A DNA stretch of 64,000 nt from Trypanosoma brucei (taxonomy: Eukaryota): positions 224,001 to 288,000 of the forward strand of contig AL929603.2 of the NCBI GenBank assembly GCA_000002445.1, written 5' to 3'. The position numbers were made by a program, and so were the translations under genes. A model generated the notes under the pieces. The model was not told the origin of the DNA. It did not search any database and saw only the letters and a program-made list of their open reading frames with translations. Below are positions 54,431-64,000 of this stretch, one piece after another; positions within the stretch are counted from its first letter, which is position 1, and the number at the start of each line of letters is the position of its first letter.

Positions 54431-55201
54431 CTACTTCCTTTCGCGTGTACGCTGCAACCGGCTACTCCTTGTTGGCCCACCTCTTTGGGAAGCAATTTGT
54501 GTTTCACCACAATTACTTCGTGCAGCAAATTTCATTATTTCCTCCAGCTTGGAACGATTTGGATAGTGTTGCTTAGTTTGGCCACTTTTCAGAAACCTTA
54601 CATAACTCGATATATTCATTTCGTATTCGAGAAAGGACGCAAGATTCATCGCTGTTGTTTTGTCATGAGTGGCAACGCGATCAAAAAACGGTAACATAAT
54701 TTCTTTTGGCGCTGTCACACCAGCTGCAAAGAAAACGGCCATCACCTTCATGGATATGCACGGGCAGCTCACAGTTTTCAACTTATCGTACAAAAATTCC
54801 TCACCAGCGAGGGGTCCGTCAGCAACGTCGATGAATACGCGAAATGGAATGTTCTCAACGCTGTGTGGTGGTTGTGATTCACATGTCTTTGCATTCATCG
54901 AATAACGGTTCCTGGTGGATGCGCTTGTCTGCTCCGTCGGCATCAGCTTTGGTAGTGAGGAAACACGCGATACTTCTGTATAACAACAACCAATAGGCCT
55001 CGTCTTGCAGAACGCTCCGTCAGGGACATCAACAGAAAAAGACAAACCATGCGCATCAAACCCTTCAAGGAAACCAATAGCGGCAACGAGCATATTAAAT
55101 AAGGCACCTTGGGGTACTTTCAAGGTCAAAAGCCCCGTAACAGCCGCGTACTTAAAACGAGCAAGAGACCTCTGGCCACAGATTGCAACTGTCCGATTCA
55201 T
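54431..55201 (-). CDS. hypothetical protein, 256 aa, first gene of the minus-strand unit (or a detached midasin N-terminal domain, see findings)
   Basis: Minus-strand ORF 245 bp upstream of the midasin start, in a different frame. No recognisable motif. Confidence 0.45.
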   Translation of the reverse strand: MNRTVAICGQRSLARFKYAAVTGLLTLKVPQGALFNMLVAAIGFLEGFDAHGLSFSVDVPDGAFCKTRPIGCCYTEVSRVSSLPKLMPTEQTSASTRNRYSMNAKTCESQPPHSVENIPFRVFIDVADGPLAGEEFLYDKLKTVSCPCISMKVMAVFFAAGVTAPKEIMLPFFDRVATHDKTTAMNLASFLEYEMNISSYVRFLKSGQTKQHYPNRSKLEEIMKFAARSNCGETQIASQRGGPTRSSRLQRTRERK

Positions 55202-58200
55202 CCAACCATCCCAAAGGCTTAAAGAACTTCAATGGGGAAAATAGGAAAAGATATACAGTAAGAAGTGAGCTTTGAATACATAAATAACAGGCCAAAATAC
55301 AGATGCAGCCCCATACCGTATAAATGGGGGGAAACAAAAGAACAACTGGTATACCCCAGCAAATACAAGACATTTGTGGTGGGAAAAGAACGCTGAAATA
55401 GGTACAACCAGGTCCGGTTGCCATTTCTACGGAAAGTCTGTATTCAGCGCATCCGCGGGGTGATCTAACAAACAATCTCACACGTACACGCACTGATGGA
55501 TCGGTAGATAGTGTAGACTTCCACTCCAAAATAGTAAAATGAATTTAATTTTCATCGTCATAAAGAAACACTAAACATATCACTCAAAATAACAACAATT
55601 TTCATGCTTCAGCGCGGCTCGTGGTTACAAGACGCCGTGCACCGGTCAGATCTAGGTGGCATCATTTCATTACGCAATTACCATTCATACAAACTACGAG
55701 GCAAAAGAAGCGAAAGAAAACAAACTTTCCACTAGCAGCTATCACGGTAGTAACGTAACGCATTGATCTCCCTCTTGCTTTATTTAAAAAAAAAACAGAA
55801 ACGCTGAGGACTTCTACGGGAATCTAACGTCCGGTAAAACGTCTCTACGACACTGTCATTTCTGTCACTCCAATGATCACTAGCACACGCCTATGCTTTT
55901 TCGCGGCGAGTTCAACAATTTATCCGCACTTGATACGACAAAAAAACAGATGGGGGTAGATGCACCGGGAGATTTACGCTCCTCAATGACACTTACGAAA
56001 GCAGAAACAAGCAAAAATGTGATATTTACACTAGAAAAAAGTTCATTCGGGATGGTGGTCTGCTTTTCGAAGTAGCTATAACCGGCAAAAGCAGCAATAA
56101 AGAGCTGAAAAGACTGATGGGGCCCGTCAACCGGTGACATCAGTAAGGAATATTATTACCCCCCGCCTCTTCTCTCCCCCTCGAGCGGTCCAAACTTTCG
56201 CATTAACACGAGGTAACACCATATGTAACGACTCGAATAACATTTGCTCCTTTCTCGCACTGACCAGCAGATCATACAAAAAACGTTAAAACGGCGAACC
56301 ACGTACATATATCGCACCAACTTCTCAACACAGCAGTTGCAATCCCACTTCACATACAGAAACAAAGAGAAAGTGTACAACCTACGCGACGTCAGAAGAT
56401 CCGATAGCGACCCTCGGCATGGTCCACACACTACCTGCGGTCACACATGCCAATAAAAAAACCCGCTGAGTATTTATTATCACTAAAGGGGGAATGCAGA
56501 TCACAGCGTAAAAATACGTTAGTAGTGGGGAAAGCCCGGGAACATATACAGTTACCGATGTTCAGCAAAGGGCGCGGGAAGCTGTCCTCCTTTGATTCGT
56601 CTAGTTTCGAGCCATTTAACGAGAAAAGCAATCTCCAGAGGCAGCACCAAACACTCTCAAGGGCACCGAAACCAGGAACACATCTCCCAGAAACAATACA
56701 CAAACCTTTAAGACAGACCCCCTAGAGAAACGCCCACAGTGCAACACCACACCATGGAACCGGGTAGAACAACCTTAAGTCCGCTTCCGCACCCCCATTC
56801 AGCTGTCACGTGCTGGTGGTCGATCCAAAGCTCTCCTTGGATCATCCTGCTGGCTCACCCACCGTAGTCGTACAGGTTCCTGTTCTCTTCCGATGGAGGT
56901 GCCACAAAAATATGGCTTCCACGGACACAAAAGACGCTATTTCAGTCTACACAGCTAAGAAATCAGGTATTATCTAAACTGCAGTCAACTAGATCACACC
57001 TCGGCGGAGCAGGAGGACCAACGAACCCGTCTTCTTGGTTGGGGTATTTCTCAACGATGGCGGATGCCAGCCTCTCCACGACTCCTCACCCTTTCTTTCT
57101 CTTTCCTAAAAGTGCTGGAGGTAACTTCAGTTCCATCTCGCCACTGAGCACCTTCCTCCTCGAGCTTACCGATCCGTGTTTCTCCCTCAGAATCTAGAAC
57201 CCGTCGGGCTCGAGTGGTACCAAACCGTACCTACCACCCAACATTTTAATTCGCGGCGGGCACTCCTCTCATCTCACTCCCCATCCCCCCATGGCCGCAG
57301 GCATCGGACATGCACCTCGTGGAGGAAATCTCACCAACGCAAGCCACATCGCAGCCCCTGCACTGCCGGACTCCGACGCCGGCTTCCGCTCCTTGACCCC
57401 AACATCGAGCAGCCGCCACGGAACGCGACTGGCCCCAAAGTACACTGGCATCGTCTGCAGCGCGAATAGGTTCGAGCTCCCGCTAAGTTTATCAAACTCG
57501 ACACACTCCACCGAGCCATGTACGGTAGCCGGCTTCAACTGCACCCCAGTTCCTGCAACCCTCCCCCCTCCATCCATGAGCCTTCTCACCCATAGCACCT
57601 CGTTCCTGTTCGGTTGAACTACCCTCCGTGGACAAGGCACCCCATGCCACCGCCAATAATTCTTTCAACGGCACTATGGGATCAAGCGCAGGCTTAAAGC
57701 TGCTGCACATCGCCATCGTCCTTGCCAAGAGCGCCCTCTTACACGCCAGGTTGTTAAACTTCCCACCGACGACCCATTTAACTTCATTGTCATTCCACCG
57801 CCCTGCTTTCGGGCTAGTTGTTGCCCGTAATCACACAATGCAAACTACGATCGCGCTATAGTCACCCTTTAGCGCCACCACTACCGCAGCATTGCTGTCG
57901 CCAAGACACCGGTGAACCTCTATTTTCGTTGCAATCGCTGTGATTCATCTTGGTTCTGCCCCTTCCACACGAAGTCGGGTACACGCATATCCTTTGTAAC
58001 CCTTCTCCGCCCCCAAAAATTTCGCCGAGAACCGTGCTTATGTTCCTCGTAGTGTTGGTGTTCCCTTTTTATGACGAATAGGAGGACACCGGCACCACGG
58101 TAAATATATTTGTTTTTTCTTCGCACCCGATGCTACTCGGCTTCCGCTGAATTTGGTACACATGCCGGCTGAAGTTGACGCCTGTATTTATTTGTCGTTG

Positions 58201-61200
58201 GGTTCAAATTCTAATTTTGCGCAGGTCTCCATTTTTAGCACTTAACCCCCTCAAGCCCTCGCCTCACTGCTCCTGTAACACCGACGCCATTTACACCGTG
58301 GCGATCACAGCCTACTCTGTTTTTTTTTTTTACACGCCACGACAGCTTGCTACCATGTGTTTCCCATCCCACCGCCCCCGTTACCCATCTCACTGGTGCC
58401 AGAGACTCACGTTCTCAATACAACGCCCTATCATTACGTTCTTCATTTCCCGTATTTGAAAGATTTGCGACGGTTGGTGCGGGCCATCTTCCACTCAAAG
58501 GAAACTCACATAGTTGTCGTTTCTGTCTCTCTGTGACGGCAATTGTTCTTTTCTATGCATCTACTCCACACTGTTATCACATCGGTCCACTTAATTCCAC
58601 CATACCTGAGTGGTTGGCGCCTCCCGTCCCATGTCATACTGTAATGCGTTTTTGGCCGCAAGGGGCGTTAGGTTCTATAGATTCGATCTCTGTCAGCAGT
58701 CTGTCCTTCATCCCTCTCATTTTGTATCACGCACGCACTCGGTACGTGCACCCCTTCAGATTTGCTCGCCTGTTCGTTGGAACGATGAGACCTATTGAAC
58801 AATTTTGTGCATATGCACTGCTGGGGGGGGGGGGGGTTCCTCGATGCTCCTACTCACCTGAGAAGCGGCTTGTCGATCTTATTTTTGTCGTGCAGTCTCG
58901 TAAATAGCGTTTCCTTACCGCATACTTCATTGTCGCCCACCTCGGATAAAACCAGATTTATTCTTAGCACATTGCGGAGTACCACCGCCTCTCCCACAGG
59001 AGCGGAGCTTATTCTGCTTTGAACGTCCTCACGACACGTGGAGAGGTGCAACCCCACAAACGCTTTGTTTTAACTTCAACCTCCCCCCCGTTTCGTATCC
59101 CTGCTCTTGCACTTTGCCACCCAACGATGACACCTGAAGTGTTTCGTTGCGGCCATGCGAAACCAAGGCGGAAGAAATCTCTTCTATAGGTGTCGCATGC
59201 TTCCATCTACATGTAAAAGGGAAAACGACAGAAAGGAGGTCTCCAGCTCGTGTTGGTTTCATTGACTGTGCTATAGTAAGCACGTCCCCGATTTCTCCAC
59301 TTCCGTGAAATATACAGTAAATATGAGTAATACACTCAGGTTACATTGGTGGTGGATCGTTCCCCTTGTCGGCCATCTTGGAAGTGATTTCGCTTAACTC
59401 TGAGCACGGGAGTCGGGGGCGCACTGCACCGATATCAACATATTCCTACCAGCGAGTCCAGGCATCACTTTCCCCATTTGACAACACAGAATACCGAGTC
59501 CTACGCATGCAAGGCTTATATTTAAAGCAACGAAACATGCTGTGAAGTTGGTAAGTGCCATTTCCCCACTCTATGATTCATTTTCTCAGACATTTTGAAC
59601 CTAGTATTCATTGCAACACTCTTTTATTCGTAACGGGGCATCAACATATCGGTTTCCCCACATTCCCCGGTCATGCTCTCTCTGTCAAATGCGCGGGATC
59701 TGTGAAAGAGCGTGCGCCTCCCCATGTGAGTCATAACCACAACTCTGATGGTGATCAGTTGTACGCTTTTCCACTCTTTTCATCTTATGCATCATCCCTC
59801 AGCGTACTCACTTGAGAAGCTCGTGTGCGCGCTCTTTTGGTCAGACGTAGTGCGTCTGCCTTGCACGGGGTGGGGTCATCGCAGTTCTCCTCGCCCTTTT
59901 ACCAGACGACAAGAGTGACAGATCTCATTAGGATAGGGTGACCTTGACAACGTAGCCATCCCACGGTCACTACGGGTGTTCCACAATTGGCTTTTAACAT
60001 TTATAGGTAACCAACTCCGCGCCTACAAAACATTCGCACAACAGTGGTATGCCGCTCATCCTTCGCCACACCTTTGTTTCACGGCCCAGTCAAACAGTCG
60101 TTTCGATGATACCCCCCTTAACTTGTACGTTCGCAACCGCGCTTATACCAGCAGAGGGTAGAGAACTATGAGAGGTTTATTCCTGAGAACACTTCGTTTG
60201 TACAACCCTGAGGTGGAACGAGTGGGCCGCATCGCTCCTCTGGCCTTGTCGCTACGAAGGAACCGTTTTCAGCCCCAGAAATCACGGCCGCGGTGTTTCA
60301 CATACTCCATTCGCACGCTCGAAGGTGTCATTCATCGGTTAGGCCGTTAGCCCCTATTGTTTTGAACTTGTGCTTTCACCTTGATGGGCTTCACTGATCG
60401 CAGTTGTCAGGCCGCCCGTAAAATGCCCCCCCAAAAGGTGCAAACCCTGCTTTTTCGCAGCTGACTGCTGAGGGTTCGAAGGATAACCATCGTAACCACA
60501 GCGTTCCTTCCCTTCTGCAGATTCTTCTCTCTTCCTTCTCATCATTTTGTTGTTTAAAGAAAGTTGTGTTGAGGTTGGAGCCTGTATCTTCAGACGTTAG
60601 TTACAAAGGGGACTCACTACAGTTTTTGGCTGTGTGCGTTATCAACTGAAGTGCTCTTGCTGGGGGAGTGATTCATCTAAGTGGGCCTCTCTCGATTATC
60701 ATACAAGAACGAATGTCTGTTGGAAGATGAGCGAATTTTTCACACTAGTTTCGCGAATCTCTTGTATAATCTTGTTGGGATCCACTCTGTGAAGGGTTTC
60801 GGAATAGACAAATAAGAGGCCGAAGACGTTCCGAAGCTTCTGGGACATTCAGCGGCTCTTCGGTCGTCATATGTTCTCGCAGTTTTCTCTCTCTATCACC
60901 TTTGAGATGGTGAGTGTGGTACGGGGAGGAGGCGGGACAGGATTTAACCCTTCAGATATATTCAGAGTTATGGAGTAATTGCGCATCTTCTCCCCCGGTG
61001 CGATGTGATTCTCACACCAAGTTTGTCGTCAAGAAGGGTTGGGAATTAGGAACTACTGGGGGTTCTCAAGAGTCTTAGCACGAATTTATGCTGTTCGTTT
61101 TCAACAGGAACTAACCCTTTTCCATTATCTTATTCCAGTAGTGTTTTTACCCTTCGGTATACCCGCAGTACGTGTTTGTAGCGTTTTGATGGCATCGTGG

Positions 61201-64000
61201 CGCAGGCCATCACTAACTGGTGCGTGGAATGGTGTTGCCTCGTTGTTCTGTTTCCAAATCCGGCGGTCGCTGCCTGGAAGCACTGTACTAAACTCGGCCG
61301 CTGACGTTTCAGGCCGTTTTTATTGGATATACTCATTTTGTAACGTTTCTCTTGACACCGTTGGAGTCGAGCACCGCCATATAAAGACGTTCGCCTCTGT
61401 GCTGCAGGGCGTTTCCGCTCAATATTACTTGCGGAAGCATCCGTCTCATTCTCCATTTTGGCCAACCCCATTGTCACGGAACAAGGGTCCCCGATATTGT
61501 TCTACCCACCGGGCTGCGGCGGGCGGTCCATCATGAATGACTGTTGCAGCTGTGCGTCGGTACGGCTGTGGGTATTTCTCTAGTCCTTAGTATTTCCAAG
61601 TTTCTCCTGTGTGATGAGTTTCGGCTTCCCCAAGTTATCGTGTTTCCACGGATATGATTCTCTTAAGGATATTTGCAGTGAAATTGGTGGCTCTTCGGAG
61701 TTGCGGCACACACCAAAACAGTAAATAACGTTGTGTGGCGTTCATTGTCCTTAGTGGCCCGTGGCACTCGGTTTGCAACAGGGTAGTTCCATTAGCAAGT
61801 TGTGTCGCGTACAACGCCAGCTTTTTTTTTTTTTTGATGAATATTGCGGTGGGGGTTCCCCACCACGTTTTTTGTCGTTGCAGATACCAAGCGCGTGCCA
61901 ATAAAGTGCAGAATCTCTGTCGTCAACTGAGGGGACGGGCTTAGCGCACACCAAGGGGTAGGTGTCGTCCGGTCGTCCCGCGATAACTTTTTTGGGGCGC
62001 AGGGAAGCGGCCGGATGTGAATGTGGGACGGGGAAACTGCACTGTGTGCCGTGACGTGCGGATAAGTTTTTGCGGCGAAACGCCGCAACGTAAGTACTAT
62101 CGCCGTGTGTTCAAGAAAGAGGATGGACATTCCTCGTCTCTTTGAGTCACAGCCGGCAGCCGGTTGCTCTTGTGATGGGTGGATGGAGCCAAACTGCCCC
62201 CTGCGGGGGCGGAGGGCAACCTTTTTCCCCAACTGGTGAATCAACGGTTGACGTACAGTTCGGTGGAGATAACCCAACAGCATTCCGGTTTCTGGCACGC
62301 GGGAAGGGCTTAGGGTTCGTATCAACATCACTTTGCGGGGTAGTTAAGGGCATGTGATGCTGGCGATGTCGGGTCCATATGTGACTGGGGCTCTTCCAAG
62401 GGTGCTGCCTGTCCAGTTGCGGGGTCGCTCTTCACCCAGTGGTGGGTTAATGGAGCAGCCTCCTCTGCCTGACCTAATCTTAAGGGTGTATGCTACATGC
62501 GCTCGGTGTGTCCCCCCTGAACGATGTCGTAGGGTCTGCTGCCGTCTTGGAGCGGCCGTCGTCATGGAGGCAGGTGGGCGTGCTGAGAGTTTGGACAACT
62601 GGTATTCTTCGAGTGTAGCGACTCGATCGTTGTCGGGAGTGACTCCTTAACTACTGGTTTGTGGTTACAGTGCTGAAGTTTTCGTTGACAGGAAGGTTTT
62701 GGTTTTTGCCACCACAAGGTGTTTCCGTATTTCATTATCCAGAGTATATCAAAGGAAGTTTTTGAGGGATCATGGTCGCCGCGTTGGATTTTATTGCTTG
62801 AAAACGTTGCTGTCCTTTGGTGGTTTCCTCTTTCTTATACGGTCCTTCGTTGTGTGGAAGGCCACCCGTGCTAGGAGTGGATCATTGGCTTCTTTTCTAT
62901 GATTTGCGACACGTAGGTACGTGTATGCGCTTAGGGTTGTTTGTCTGTTTGTTGACTCCCTGGTTATTTGGACTGAATCACTGTTGAATCTTATCAACTC
63001 CTTTCTCGGTGCCATGCGGGTGAGGGGCATAGAAAGCAGTGCAGAGGCACTGCTTCTTGTACCTGCTTTTTTTCCAATTCTAGATTTTATTTTTTTAAAC
63101 ATCACCTTTGATAATTAGTGAGCACCTTTATACCCTGTTAAGTTGTTGCCGTGCTTATTGTCATTGGCGGCTTGTTTGTGTGTGGGGTGACAGCTACCAC
63201 ATTTTTTTTCTTTAGCGGTAGCTCCTTCTGTTTTTTTCACGTGATGATGTGCCTACGGTTTCATTTGTTCTTTCTATTCATAGAGTCTGCGCAAAGATGC
63301 CCTCTGTTGGTTGCATTGTTGACATCTACTATTGTGATTCTTAGTCGGAAATCGACGCCAAACACGTCGTCTTGATTACAGTTCTACCGCTGTTGTGATA
63401 CCTGTGGTTTGAGCAATTAACAAACGTGATTTAGGCATGCGGCCCCCTTTGGGACAAAAATTTCTCCAGCGTTGCCCAACTTTTGGTTGTTGTAGGTTTT
63501 TTGTTTCGCATCTGATGTCGTACTAAGCCGTACTAGTGATAAAATGTGCTGCGGACTACACCCGATTGCATTTTGTCTAGTGTTTATACCTCCTAAGGAG
63601 TGCGGATACTGTGAGTGATATTTCTTATCGTTTGAAACACGGCGAGTAAAGGATGAACACGGGGCCGTACTTTTTTCTCTTTTTGCCCGAGTTGATGGGT
63701 AGCAGAAGGTTGGATGAGGGGTGCCCATGAATTCCCGGCACGTGTGATTCTCTCCCCTTTGTTAATCCCACTACGCTGATACATCCGTACCTGACTGCAT
63801 ACTCACACCAACTCAAGTATGCAGGGCGGCGTGGCTCAGTGGGCATGAGGAGGCGATGAATTTGTTTTGTGCTGTTGGGCCTCCTTTGGAAGGAGCGTGC
63901 TCTGAGTTTGGCTTAGGTTGCTGCGTATAAAGTTGCTACTGGTTCTGATATTTTTCACATTTAGCGCTGCATTAGGGTTAGGGGGACAGTGATGGGTGGG
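55202..64000. promoter_or_regulatory. putative divergent strand-switch region / Pol II transcription start region; window ends inside it
   Basis: Across ~8.8 kb no ORF shows coding-like composition. The plus strand is C/A-rich at ~56.6-58.0 kb and G/T-rich from ~58.2 kb onward. A G12 run sits at 58826-58837. It lies directly upstream of the first minus-strand gene. Confidence 0.55.

Noticed and set aside
61039-61536. 165-aa plus-strand ORF in the strand-switch region as a possible first gene of a rightward unit
   Set aside because: The translation is compositionally random (rich in R, S, L, F, with no motifs), and it sits inside GT-rich promoter-like sequence. It is more likely a chance ORF.
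63820-63900. tRNA-like start ggcgtggctcagtggg (D-arm-like GCTCAGTGG)
   Set aside because: No complementary D-stem closure, no anticodon or T-arm (GTTCGAATC-type), and no acceptor-stem pairing could be found downstream. Other T-loop-like strings (60468 ggttcgaagg, 58690 gattcgatctc) likewise lack a cloverleaf context.
56000-64000. Possibility that the ORF-free region is an rDNA unit, SL RNA, snRNA or 5S gene, or a retroelement (ingi/RIME/SLACS)
   Set aside because: I could not find the conserved 5' ends I remember for kinetoplastid 18S, SL RNA, U2, U6 or 5S, and no long reverse-transcriptase-like ORF is present. A divergent strand-switch region fits better, but I cannot exclude a degenerate element without a database search.

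Overview
All 20 supportable protein-coding ORFs between ~2 kb and ~55.2 kb lie on the minus strand, with short intergenic gaps carrying pyrimidine tracts on the coding strand. This is one long polycistronic transcription unit, so the window is a kinetoplastid nuclear chromosome, not a prokaryote. The anchor is a tandem array of three phosphoglycerate kinase genes transcribed A then B then C. The third copy carries a C-terminal extension ending in -SSL. This matches the Trypanosoma brucei chromosome 1 PGK locus from established knowledge; I ran no database search. Other recognisable genes are a 4,600-aa midasin, a deoxyhypusine-synthase paralog lacking the catalytic lysine, a kelch beta-propeller protein, a MORN-repeat protein, an RNI-type LRR protein, an NB-ARC (STAND) ATPase, and a 1,215-aa protein with about 18 copies of a 14-aa repeat. 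The first 1.48 kb is a near-perfect 132-bp tandem array that runs to the window edge. The last ~9 kb (55.2-64 kb) has no credible ORF and shows a strand-composition switch near 58 kb plus a G12 run. That pattern fits a divergent strand-switch region (Pol II transcription start region). No tRNA, rRNA, CRISPR array or transposon could be supported. The points I think most worth a second look are the 132-bp array, the NB-ARC gene, the midasin N-terminus and the switch region.
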